A DNA stretch of 63,782 bases, the filler included, from Asterionella formosa (lineage: Eukaryota), in NCBI GenBank assembly GCA_002256025.1. It is 19 parts of 19 records of this genome, joined end to end, with 100 filler letters (N's around TTAATTAATTAA, not from the genome) between each part and the next. Parts side by side here need not be neighbours in the genome. Positions count along the whole stretch, not along the records: positions 10,119 to 13,389 come from NKIB01014305.1; positions 13,490 to 16,758 come from NKIB01014306.1; positions 16,859 to 20,127 come from NKIB01014307.1; positions 20,228 to 23,494 come from NKIB01014308.1; positions 23,595 to 26,861 come from NKIB01014309.1; 14 more parts are not named here. The stretch is one strand, 5' to 3'. The first letter of the stretch is position 1. Each line of letters starts with the position of its first letter. The notes beneath the pieces were generated by a model. The model had not been told where the DNA came from. It saw nothing but the letters and a program-made list of their open reading frames with translations, and did not search any database. A program made the translations under genes and the position numbers. Shown one piece after another: positions 11,810 through 24,129 of this stretch.

Positions 11810-13490
11810 TAACGCAGTACACCGGTTTTACCGCTACCTGTATGGTGATATACCGGTATGTTTATTTACCGTCATTTGCTTACCGGTACCTTGGATCAGT
11901 TACCGGGAATTAAGGTGAAGATCTCGTTTACTGGACTTTCCGTGCCTGGTTGTCTTCGTACATAAATGTATGTACTCTCCAGTAAACTCAACAGATGTAC
12001 TCTGGAGCACGTTACCTGGTAACGTTTTGGGGATTTTTCGATTTTCACTTTTAGCTTTCTCGAGCAAAATGTAGATGCATCATGAGGACCCATTTTTCTT
12101 CGAACCATCTATTCTCAACATACGTACAAAGTACGATATAACAGTAGAACAACTGCAACCTGCGTTCAATTATGGAATGTGCAACCCCGAAAGTGGCGAT
12201 GATGGGAAGGAAGAAAACGACGGTATGCTCGTTCTGAGGATTGTAACCGTTAAACATACGGTGGCATGGTCCATGAAGGTGCAACAACCGTAGAAAGTAT
12301 ACCGAACGACAATTATTCTATTCAGGTTATAATTATGATAGTGGCTTGTTGTATTTGGTTTCCCGCAAATATTTGACTGGCCGGCCGATGTGAAACAGCA
12401 GTCGGCGGTATGTACATGCTTGCAACGAATATGCGTATGTTAAATTGGTTTCGATTATTATATTTACATGCTAAAACTTTAATTACAGAAACCGAGTATA
12501 TGTTCACATCTATGTAACTCATTAAAAAGGCATTTTTTAGAGTAAGCTGACCCTCACGTAGAAATATTTGGTATGTTGACTACATAATCCTTCATTTGCG
12601 AACAGTAAAGACATTGGTGGTGCCGGCGAATCGATGCAACTGTTACTAGACAGAGGGAGTACCTGGTAACGCGTACTAGGAACTACCTAGGCCGGGCTAC
12701 TAATTACATATGTACACCTGACCACTTGTTTTTACTTTGGTGGAAGCCCAAAAAAGAAATTTCAAACGATTGAAATGATCGTCCGATCTTCGCTTAGTCT
12801 ACCGGAACTATAGACTACTGGTACCTGGTACCACTATGTAGTAAGTATACATGGAGTTGCTTGTAGTACTAGTACCAGGTACCGTTACCGATACTCTAGC
12901 CAAGCAGTCGTGCCAGAATTGTATTGTTGCCGCCGATGGATGTGGCATACATGAAAAAAATAATTGTGTGGATCTTCGGCTCTGTTTTCACTTATTATGC
13001 ATGACTCCAAATTTTTGTCACCAGCCCATCACTTAATCATTCATAGATTCACATACCGGTATTACGAGCCGCTGTGTCAATTCATTTTTTGTTGGAGCAA
13101 ACGTTCCAAAAAAACATGGATCTTGACATGCTCACCTCTTGAGAACTGCAAATCTCAATTGAACTCCGAAATCGATGCAGTGGCAAATTCTTCGACAGCT
13201 TGCAGCGAGAAGGGCTGTGGTCGCTCACAACGAACGAAAACGTCAAGAAGTACCTTTCGCTGCCACTGAGCGTTCCACGCGACGACTCGATCGTGCAAAT
13301 GATGACTGTGATCAAATATCAGGCCATGTCCAATCGAGAACAACAACAACTGAACGAATGCTGAGGAGATGGAATTCTTGTTTCTGGTTNNNNNNNNNNN
13401 NNNNNNNNNNNNNNNNNNNNNNNNNNNNNNNNNTTAATTAATTAANNNNNNNNNNNNNNNNNNNNNNNNNNNNNNNNNNNNNNNNNNNNA

Positions 13491-14015
13491 ATATTGCGAA
13501 GCATGGGTGTCACCGACGCATCGAGACATGTTGCTCGGAAAGTACTGGAAAAGGGAAACTCATTGGGTATTTCCACTGGAGGCGTTGCTGAAGTATTTGA
13601 AACAAATGCGGGAGATAAGTGCATTGTGCTGAGAGAGCGTGTGGGACTGATCAAACTAGCTATTCGAACAGGGGCAGACTTGGTGCCCTGTTATTTATTC
13701 GGAAATACTAAAGTCTTGAGCTGCTGGGCTGGAGAAGGCATTCCCGGTGGAAGGGATATTTTGGAGAAAGTATCAAGAAAGATTGGATTTGCTTTAATTC
13801 TGATATTTGGACGGTGGGGATTACCCATACCGTATCGTGTGCCTGTCCTTGGCGTGGCTGGGAAATCGATTTCGACAAAACATATGCAATGTGAAGAGCC
13901 CACCGCTGAACAAGTCAAGGAAATTCAAGAACAGCTATTGAAGGGAATGGACGATGTCTTTGAGAGGAACAAAAAAATTTATGGATGGGAAAACAAGAAG
14001 CTCGTTATTAAATAG
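13491..14015 (+). CDS. DGAT2: Diacylglycerol acyltransferase type 2 (DGAT2/MOGAT family), C-terminal part
   Basis: GGVAE block; RVGLIKLAIRTGADLVPCYLFG matches RxGFxKLAxxxGxxLVPxYxFG; GRWGLPIPYR; ends LVIK-stop. Confidence 0.9.
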   Translation: MLRSMGVTDASRHVARKVLEKGNSLGISTGGVAEVFETNAGDKCIVLRERVGLIKLAIRTGADLVPCYLFGNTKVLSCWAGEGIPGGRDILEKVSRKIGFALILIFGRWGLPIPYRVPVLGVAGKSISTKHMQCEEPTAEQVKEIQEQLLKGMDDVFERNKKIYGWENKKLVIK

Positions 14016-14283
14016 GTTTGACATCATTGTTAACTTATCTGGGTTGCATCCAATGTGAGGGTGCATGTGTTCATCACATAAAAATTCAACTAAGCAACAC
14101 TTTTTCCTTGCACCTTTTAATATCTCACATTTTCCCTCCTAGTTCCCTCCTAGTTTGTTGACTAAGGGAAATCATTTTGTCACAAGCAAGCTATACATGA
14201 CTGAACAATGTATATATAAATGAAAAACATTTGTTTTCCAGTTGGGACTCACACCCTGTGAGCAATAAAATGAACAAGGCAAG

Positions 14284-14472
14284 AAAGTTGCTCTCTCCAA
14301 AGCAAAAAGCCAGGCAGTAGTCACATTCTAGCTAAAACAAGGAACTACAAGCAAAAATCGACAAAATTCTGTCAATATACACTCTGCAATAAAGTTGCTC
14401 TCTCCAAAGCAAAAAGCCAGGCCGCAGTCACATTCTAGCTAAGACAAGAAACTACCAGCAAAAATCGACAAA
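14284..14472 (+). repeat. Two-copy direct repeat (~82-bp unit, ~107-bp period)
   Basis: AAAGTTGCTCTCTCCAAAGCAAAAAGCCAGGC...AAAAATCGACAAA at 14284 and 14391. Confidence 0.85.
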
Positions 14473-15084
14473 GATATTATCAATCAGAGTGTATGTTGGA
14501 ACATTTGATACTAGAAAACAAACGAAAACAAGATGATGACTTTTTGCAAACAGCGTTCATAGTACAGCTATGTTGTATTAGATTAGTATATTCAGAAAAT
14601 ATCAAGGGCATGCAAAGTGGCAGGTTGCACTAGGCTGTTGCTGACAGGGCGGACATGCAGCATAATGATACATAGCAATAGTAACTTATACTGGAGTACT
14701 GGTACATGGCAACGACGACATGTTACTTCAGTTCTGATGAAGGCTAGAATTCGCTCAGCAGAAATTAGATGAGCTAATGAGATCTTGTGAATATCAGTAA
14801 TGAATTGTTCTTTGCATTGAACTATAGCTCATAGCATACATTTTCCACTTGAATGACCCTTTATATGTAGGATAACTAATTCCTTTCTATGACGACATGA
14901 ATATATGCATATATTGGGGTATATACATATATATATATAATAAAAAGCACTTTTTCAACAACACAACATTGAACTTTCCGGATTACTTGCCCGAAATTAA
15001 TTATTCTACTCTGGTATACGACCTACAGCCGTTCCCACGGCGCTACTGCTGCTTTATTAATCACCGTCAACCTCCCTCCTTATA

Positions 15085-16094
15085 GAATTGTTCATATGCA
15101 AGCATGGCATCTTCTGCCATGACTGAAAGCAGCAACTATGACACTCTATTTGAACACCATTTTGTCGCCCATTCCACTTCCAAATTTATTGGGGAATGTC
15201 TCGTTGCATTATGATTGTCAACTGCATGCCAAAACTTATAGTGGCTGGTTGTAGAAAACCACTGTAAATGTCATCTTTTTCTGTTATTTATGATCTGCGC
15301 ACACTTTCCCCTCCACCATTCTCATTCCACCATTTTTTCAATCCATCTGAGTGGCCACAGGTTTGCCCTCAACCTTTTGATCAATGATAAACATAATTGA
15401 ATCATTCCAGAGCTCCGAAGGAAAGATTAAATGAAATAACTGGAAGGCAGTCGACTTCAAATGAATTGGAAATGATGAAAATATTGGATGCTCTGCCTTT
15501 GATCCATTCAACTGGCTCCTGTCGCGAACTCCTGACATATCTCACTCATTGCCAAACAAATTGTTTGCAACTTCATTATGAAAAAACCTTTTCAGATGCT
15601 GGGGCATTGTCAACACCAATATCAACAAATCCGGCTGGGATGGCAATATTGTCAGTGTCGAGAACTGCGCCAGTAGTACACTTTACAAGTTTGAGAAGCT
15701 CTGAAGGCATCGATTCACCTTCAGTTGCCTCCTCAAGTACATTATCGCCTTCATCATAGTAAATGGTGTCTGGATCACCATCGGAAATGATCTAGAAGTG
15801 ATTTTCAAGGGCATACAGCTCAGTCGTATCAACATCATCTACAGTCCCGGGAGCAGTGACCATAATGGCCATCGCATCCTTACCTCTGATTTCCTTGAGC
15901 TCCCTCTGCCAAAATGTCATTCTTTCAAGTCGATGGTCTTTTGAGATGTTCACATGATGATTTCGGACCCACAGAGATGGGTGAATGTACTTGTAAAGGC
16001 ATGAAACGATGGCACCTTTGCCCATTGTCAAATTTTGATTTCGCGCCATCCCGCACAGATATTTTTCAGATTTTTTGGCAGGCAGACTTCTCAT
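15085..16094 (-). mobile_element. Degenerate, internally deleted piggyBac-like transposase remnant
   Basis: Fragments read LFHLIFPSELW (start of the DDE_Tnp_1_7-like region) and HAVDNHNATRHSPINLEVEWATKWCSNRV (third-Asp motif of stramenopile piggyBac-like proteins). Stops and frameshifts present; termini not found. Confidence 0.55.
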
Positions 16095-16858
16095 TTATCT
16101 GAAATTTTTTAAACCTATATATATATATATAAGCTTATTGCCATTCATACCTCCAAAAACATCAGTTCTGTAGGTTTAGATTAACTTTTCAGAAACAAAA
16201 TATCCATTGAATTGAGCTAGGGGCAAGGGATTGAAAACCCAGACTGAATCCAGTCTATTAGACTCAAATCAGTCTAGCCGGAAAGAATCCGTATGTAGAA
16301 CGAGAAGGTTGCGTATGATGAATTGCGTCAGTTCGGCCATGACGTACTTGCGTTCGACAGCCTTCTGATGTATCTGGTACCAGGTACAAGGTATAGTAGT
16401 ACTCTGTGACTCCCAGGTACGTACTCCCCATCCGGTAGCCTGGTACCAGGTACCTAGCGGAGTACCATTTGGTATTACCTGGTACCGTAACCAGGTAACT
16501 GGCACTCCTGCTTTCCATCGAGGTCATTGTATTCCCATTTACCGGTAATTGCCGGTAAATACCACAATGTAGTACGTACTACAGCACTAAAGGCTCTAGA
16601 ATGTCGTACCAATGATTATTTTAGGAGAAAGATGATATTTAGAGGTTATTAAAACTCGTAAGTATGCATTTCAAGCCAGGGAAGCAACATGTATAACAAC
16701 ATTGACACCGAAAATAGACCTCCAGTTCGGTTTACATAGATTGATGTCAGAACAAGGANNNNNNNNNNNNNNNNNNNNNNNNNNNNNNNNNNNNNNNNNN
16801 NNTTAATTAATTAANNNNNNNNNNNNNNNNNNNNNNNNNNNNNNNNNNNNNNNNNNNN

Positions 16859-17473
16859 CCCTAATCACATTGTTAAGACAAATCTGAACACTGACCAACT
16901 CTTCAGGAGACAATTTCTTTCGAGGCAAGACATTGCCTTGTCGAGGCGCTTTCGAGGTCATGATGTTGGTATTGTGATGGGTGATGGGTGACTGTTGTGT
17001 GTTTGCATTTAATTTTTGTACTCATAATTCGGGCGCGCCAGGAATTCCTATTTGACGTTTTCCATTAGTGAATTTATCTCTTTATTATGGCGCACGAGCG
17101 AAAGCGCAATGACGTCGTAGCCATATTAAATAAATTTTAGAGGATACTAAATTAGTTTTCTAGCGGAGGAATATTGTCATAGCTGGATACGTATATAAAA
17201 GGTGATGCTTGCTCAATCGAGTAAACGTGAAAATATCCAATTTTCGCAATTTCACGTCGACAGCAACCTTTGGGCGATAATACCTAATTAACAATGTACA
17301 CAATGCAACAAGACAAGTACGGAAGTATTTACTCGCTATATAAATCTGAACAACTCGTTCGTGACAATAAATAGCGTATCTTGTAAAATAAGTTCAAACC
17401 GTGCGTTTACTCCGTTTAGCGGTGGCTTACAGTTCAAAAGTGGCCGTAGCGGTGGCTTACAGTTTTTAAGTGG
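16859..17473 (-). mobile_element. Putative end of a TA-targeting DNA transposon with subterminal direct repeats and an ORF start
   Basis: Minus strand begins TA|CCACTTAAAAACTGTAAGCCACCGCTA. A 27-bp unit is repeated at 17417-17443 and 17447-17473. An ORF, MTSKAPRQGNVLPRKKLSPEE, starts at 16961 and runs off the contig. Confidence 0.4.
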
Positions 17474-17519
17474 TACCTGGTAATATGGAGTGTACTCCAT
17501 ACTTGAGTACCTTGTCTAA

Positions 17520-17760
17520 GGGCTGTTTTTATCATTTTTCATTGTTTATCTCACTTAATTTGAAATTTTTTGAAAATGTATCAGCAGTGGTCACTTGATT
17601 TGAACTGAACTTCATTCATTCCAAACTTGACACTGTATCACTAATTTGTGATCACAGTGTATCATGGTGTAACATGGATTGTTAGCAGCAACAGGTCAGC
17701 AACAAACATCTAAATATGTATTTGCATAACCTAAATAAAATAAAAGGTATTTAATAACAA
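17520..17760 (+). mobile_element. Putative PIF/Harbinger-like non-autonomous element end
   Basis: TAA|GGGCTGTTTTTATCATTTTTCATT resembles TTA|GGGCCATTCTTATCATTCTGTCATT at 28436. Both are followed by TGTATCA-rich sequence. Confidence 0.3.
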
Positions 17761-18720
17761 ATATATCATGTGACAGAGCCTGCATATACATGCAACCAAT
17801 ACTGGGAGACTTGTCAACATATTGTCATCAACACACATTGACCATGTTGATAATCAATCATTTCTCAACAAAATTATTCACAGAATTTTGGTGAGTGCTC
17901 ATATTATTTCAGCTGAATTAAAAAAAGTTCAGCTAAGATGACGGAACAGATCATGATTTTTCTAGTACCTGGTAATGTTCCTTTATCATGTAGAACACTC
18001 TATCAGGTACATGTTGAAATTCTGCACATACTAGAATACCAGTGTTGAGATCTTAGGGTCATACTGTACCGCTGTGCGCCTAGATAGCGAGCTCGAACCT
18101 GTTTGGCATTTATCAGTTGTTTTTTTGCTTGCTTTTTGTTTACCGGTATTTACTGTGGCTACGTGGTGTACATAGTAGTGTAGGTTTTACTGCGAATCTT
18201 CGATGCTGCTCCTACAATGCTGCCGCGAACGAACATGGAAGATTCCTGATGTTCTGAGAGCTTGGCGGAAGATACAGATTTGCGCTGCTCTTGCACGACC
18301 TAAATCAAACAACATTATCATGGCTGGTGTCAGCTCGTCAGCTTCCTCCCCAGCCCGAGCATGTTGCACCACCTTAAAAAATATACCAGTGTATCCTCAT
18401 TAAAATCCAATTTGATGTCATAAAAACTTGACGATTTGGAAATACATTTATTAGCATTATTCAACATTTCAATGAGTAGCATTACCATCAGCAAGATCCC
18501 AGTGCATAAAGCATACTTCTTTCATCAGTGGGAACGCCCCGTCCTTCTGACTGTGCTTCTTTCGTTGATTTCTATGCAAGGTTACATGAAATGTAAGAAT
18601 ATCGTCATGGCCGGCTTTTTCACACAGCCTTTTGCTACAATCTGACATCCACTACCATTTTACACCGGAATGCATGATGGTATACAGCTCACTAACATGT
18701 AACCATGCTTCTTCTTGCAG

Positions 18721-20127
18721 TCGTTCGTTCCGATGGACAAGTATACATTTATCCACCAAAGACCATCAGTGTATGGAAGGTCGATCGTGTGTTGCACTCC
18801 TACTGTGCCCCCGATTTCTTCGTCCTGTGCAGATATCAATCCTCGGCTCAAAAAATTCGGGATGGACCGCTTTGGCAACTCTGGTCTAAAAGAGAAATGT
18901 GGCAAACCTCTGACGACGAGGAGGGAGAAGTGGACAAATACACAAGCAACTTTGTGTTTTCAGAAACAGCCTTTCCCAATCTCATGTCATATTCTGGAAA
19001 TTCACCCGATATACCTGCATGGTTGAAGACAATCAACAATGCTGTGTTGGCAGAGCAATACAACAATTCTGTGTTTGGAGTCTCGACCAGTTCTCTATTG
19101 ATGGACTATCATTCGAATGATGCCAACAAAGATATTTCCTGGTATTATGCCAACAAAGAATTAGTGGAAAAGAAATGTTCCTTCGAGTTCCATAATGTTG
19201 TCGCCCGTAAGCTTGTCAATTGCTCCACAAGGACGTTCTACCAGACAGATGAATCGTTTTATAAGGTCCATGAAACAAATAACACTGCTGGTTTCAACCT
19301 CCACTATCAGGAATTAATCCACTACTTTGATGCTGATTGGGGGGACAAAAATAATTCTGTGGACCCTGTTGGTGACCGACACAAAGAGCTGATTGACAAT
19401 CCCATTGGCGAACAATTAGAATGGCTAATTATCACAAATTCCAGCACAAGGACATTACATTTAAGGTGCTGTAGTGATTATGATTTGTATGGTTTTGGAA
19501 ACGACACAAAGAACAACAGATTTGTCCAATGGGATTACAATGGTCACAGCTTATATATATGTTCTCCGGCCATGTGCAACCCTACACCTAAATCCATGAA
19601 TGAGATTGCCAATATTTTATCATTTACTTGGAAGCGCGCCCTCAAGAAACTCATTGATTCAACTGCCTCAGAATTAAACAGATATCTACACTACTTCCAA
19701 CCGAGTTCTAGAACAAATTGGTTTTCTTCTGCTTTGGAGTCTTCTGTTTACAATATCACAGAGCTTCTTTCTCTCTTTGGTGGTGGAACTGGCAACCGAA
19801 CAGTGCAAAATCTTGTGGACTACTTTGCCATACGAGATAATAGTACCTCCGACACTTTCGTGACTATGGATTCCAGTGCCAATAAAAATCAATTCACAAG
19901 ACTACCAAATCATTTGTGGGATATCGACACCTTCATGGAGATTATCGAACGAGCAACATTGGAATTTCATGAGGACTTAATTGTTACCGGTATTGCCATA
20001 GATACTGCTGATCAGCTACAACAGCTAATCGTGAATGCTGTTCTGGAATCTATTGTCCTCCGTCGACAGAATGGTTGGAATGTTCCTGACATCAATAGTT
20101 CCTTAAGTAAAATTGATACGCCCGTTT
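18721..20127 (+). CDS. Large exon of an unknown, probably secreted or membrane glycoprotein (3' truncated)
   Basis: About 469 open codons, preceded by a CTAAC branch point, a pyrimidine tract and CAG at 18718-18720. About ten N-x-S/T sequons. A possible upstream hydrophobic exon starts at ATG 18472. Confidence 0.75.
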
Positions 20128-20227
20128 NNNNNNNNNNNNNNNNNNNNNNNNNNNNNNNNNNNNNNNNNNNNTTAATTAATTAANNNNNNNNNNNNNNNNN
20201 NNNNNNNNNNNNNNNNNNNNNNNNNNN

Positions 20228-20370
20228 GGCGGAATATGTGTGCCTCAGCCAATCTCTTCGGGACACCATTCCGCTTATGAATTTGCTGGCTGAGGTCAGG
20301 GACAAGCTTGATAAAGATGTGATATCGGTTCCAGCTGTCCGCTGCACCTTGTTCGAGGATAATTCCGGTA
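20228..20370 (+). mobile_element. Copia RNase H fragment
   Basis: AEYVCLSQSLRDTIPLMNLLAEV...CTLFEDNSG matches Copia RNase H EAEYxALS...FEDNxG. Confidence 0.8.
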
Positions 20371-23260
20371 GCAGCGATAGGAATCCACGGCATGGCCAAC
20401 ATACCAACCATCGAGAGCATGCGGAGCCCATGTTGTTAGGTGTTGGGGCTTGGCATGAACAAGGACCCAAAAGCCAGGTGGAGCAAGGGGGACACGGTTG
20501 TAATCATATGTTCCATTGACCTGTGACCAAGCAGACAGTTTGGGGTTGATGCGTGAGCCACAGAGGAGATTAAGAGTAAGTTCAGCTTGAACTAATAGTT
20601 GGTCCCACAAGTGGAGAGGAAAGTGTTTGTTGACACTGCATAGACCGGCAATGAAATGATTTTGAAAGGTGTGAATTGCATGTTCAGTGGCATTGCAACA
20701 ATGGACAGCCGGCGGGACCAACTGAAAGTCAATAGCTTCGGCGTCCAAGAACTCTTTGAGGAGTGTAGAACACTCATTGTCAAGGCGTTGAAGTTTGGGA
20801 CGTAGGCCAGCTTTGCACAAACGTTGATTTAATGTTTTATATGCTGCAAGGAGGCAGGAAGCGGTTCGGTTATGAAAGGGCTGAACGAAAATGTAGTTGC
20901 TGTCATAATCATATAAAATCATAATGTAGTTGTTTCCAGTGCTGGAGGGGAGTATGAATTTTCCGGTTTGATCAGTGTAAATTTGGCCTGTGGGTGCAAT
21001 AATGGACGCAAAACACATATGGGTAGGGGTTGCAAGACCCTCAGGGTGGCAATCAGCATCACCAAGCACATTGGTAGGAATGGATGCAAGAAGTTCAGGC
21101 TCAATGATAGTTGGGGGCACACGTGTGGATTGTACATTTTGACGTGTTTGATTGAGGTGGCCTTTGATGGTTGCGATGGAATGAGGGGGATGTTTGCGTA
21201 GTGTATTTAAGGTTAGACCTGGAAAATTGACAACATACCCACAGAGTAATGCGCTTTCCAAAGTGGAGATAACAGGAGAAAAGAGGGCCGCATGGGCAAA
21301 GGCATCAAGGGCTGGTGCATTGGGACTGCCAATTGCGGTAGCAGCGTAGTGGGTAGGGGTAGGCAATGGTGGATAAATAGTGGCAGTGGTGACATGCCAT
21401 AATTGAGTGGTGGTGGAGCGATGGCCCTGAAGGATGCAATGACCATCGGATAAGACAGACATGTGTAGTTTGGTGAAGAGTACCTCGTAGCCAGAATCAC
21501 ATAGTTGTCCAATGCTCAATAAAGAGCAATTGTGTAGACCAGGGACAATGTGTACATGACGAGCAGCAGGTAATAGCATAGGTAAAGATAATTCGGCCTC
21601 ATGTGTAGATTTAACATGGTTGCTGTTAGGAAGTTGAAAAGTGATAGGGTTGGTGGTAGGTCGTTTGTTGATGACAGGTAAATCAACAGTGGAGTAATTG
21701 CCAGAACTACCAGAATCAGCAATGAGTGTGACAGGGGGACAAGTGATGGGAGATAAGTTTGTGTTAATAGTATTATCGACAGCAACTTGCTCCCCTCCAC
21801 ATCAAGCAAGTGGTGAAGGTGGCGGTGAAACACGGGGTGGCCGGGTAGGACAGGTACCATCACTGAAAATACAGACGCTGCCACCCAGACATTGATCAAG
21901 GGTGGCATTGAGTTGATGGCCAGAAGCTGGATGATTGCAAGTTGCACTGGTATGGTCAGGGTTTTTGGTAAGACCATGAGTCCAACAATAGCCTAATTGG
22001 ACATTGTTGTAAGTGTATCCAGAAGGGACAGCACGAGCAGCTGCAGCAATACCTGGCAATGGCGGAGGGCCACTGGTTTGAATGGCAGCATGGGCACCAT
22101 GATAACCGGCAGTGGTGGCGGTGGCAAGGCGCAATCATTCCTTATCAGCATGCATGAAATGCGGGCAAAAATTAACCCATGTAAGGTCCATCTCAGCGCA
22201 ATCACGCCAAGTTTGAATGCTATGAGAATATACACCGCAATCACGCCAAGTTTGAATGCTATGAGAATATACACCAGCCTGTTCTAAAGCAGAAAGAGTC
22301 AATCGCATGACAGTACTGTCAGAGAAAGGTTCCCCACCAGCATCGGCAATGGCACGAAGATGTTTGATGCGGATCCATAAATGCTCAATAGGTTCCTCTG
22401 GTGTCCAAGCATCGGCCAAGCGCATGCGATTGAGTTCTAAATCATCCGCACTCAATGTTGCATATGTAGATTCTAAGTGAGCAAGCAAGGTCAGAACAGT
22501 GATATCTGCATATCCAAATGTAGCATCTTCCAGAACGTTGTAGAAAGTTGGGTCAATGGCTGCGAGAATTTGTTGGCGGAGAATTTCACGGATTTGGGAG
22601 TAACGGCGGAATGCGTCAAGGGAGGTTTCAAAGAGACGGTTGGCAGCAGTGATTTGGGACTGTGTTGCAGTAGAACTGTGTGGCGGCTGGATGCCGGGAT
22701 GTTCGGGCAGTAAAAAGGGTTCACCAGCACGTACAAGATAAGGAGCAGCAGCCATGACAATACCAAGGAAACCATTGGCACCACCACCACTGATACAGTG
22801 GACAGAGCGAGCGTTGGCAAAGAGTTCCTTGCGAAGGCGGGTTACAGTGAAGGCTGTAGGTTTGCCCTCGATCGGCGTAAAAAGCGGATGAGGGAATGGA
22901 AAAACAGCGGAAACGATTGGAGTTGTCATGATGGAAGAAGGCCTGAGAGACAGGGACAGCAAACGGGCAAGCGGTGCTGGACGGTTGGTTGTTGAGACCA
23001 GTGCTGGTTTGCACTGTCGACAAGAGCCACAAAGTCACAGGTGCAGACAAGAGAGAGAGAACAGATATTGTAGTTCTGTTGAGGGGAACCTTGTCGTGAA
23101 TAAAGGTGAACTACAATATTATGACTATTCTATTGCTGTTTCGAGTACATCGTTGTTAGCACTCATGCATGTACCTAATCTGGTGGCTGCGCCGGTATGG
23201 TTCGCACGGCGCATGTATGGAGCATCATATGCAGATATTAACACAAGGGACCGTGTTACA
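20371..23260 (-). mobile_element. Diatom CoDi-type Copia retrotransposon, 5' half (putative LTR, gag, protease, integrase)
   Basis: Gag FPHPLFTPIEGKPT...ELFANARSV...GGGANGFLG; knuckle YCWTHG...HTSATC...GH; protease IADSGSSGNY; integrase IYTDQTGKF, YDYDSNYI, RLDNECS. A putative LTR starts TGTAACA at 23260. Several stops. Confidence 0.9.
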
Positions 23261-24129
23261 AAATACTGGTAGACAACCTACTCCGAGTACGGGTAATTGT
23301 TATATATACCGGTAGCACTTTAAGTGAGTACCTAGAATAGACCTAGAAAACCGGTACTGGTACCAGTAGGTCTATGGTGGTGCAATGTGGTGCAGCGATG
23401 ACATGACGTCACGAAGTCATTTTGAAATATTATTGTTGCGCATGTGCAGCTTTTCAATATTCATCTCCAACGTTGCATCATGCACATCACCACANNNNNN
23501 NNNNNNNNNNNNNNNNNNNNNNNNNNNNNNNNNNNNNNTTAATTAATTAANNNNNNNNNNNNNNNNNNNNNNNNNNNNNNNNNNNNNNNNNNNNCAAGGA
23601 AGGCTGAAGAGTTCACCCAGCATGAAAGCATGTTACACAACGTTTTCAAATACCAAGGAAGCTAAAGAGTTAGCATCCAATCTTGCAGGTTGATGGTTCG
23701 ACAAGAGACCATTGAGAGTGGCATTTGCTGAGTCGATACCTGGAATTGTACAAGCGTAGACCGAGACAGGCTTTAGGTAGAAGCGACTATGGAGAGAAGG
23801 TGACAATAGTACGTTCATGGTGAGGGAGTAGGTGGGAACGCATGCAAATACCGAACATTCTTGTCTTTTCCTTGTGTTCAACCTTGTAGGTGGTTTGACT
23901 GGGAAAGGGGATACTTTTGAATATGAACGCTGCAAAAGGTCTGTGAATATCTAGGGTGGTGAAGATAAGAAAGGAACGAGAGCATAGACAATGGTAAGGA
24001 ATCTGCTCATGTCACAAAGGACTGCCACCAAATGATGTCTCTCCCCTTTTTCTTTTCCTTTCAACGAATTTCAGGGAAACAATTTACTTCGTATTCCTAA
24101 TCTTTTTTTTGTAGAAGTGCTTTGCACAA

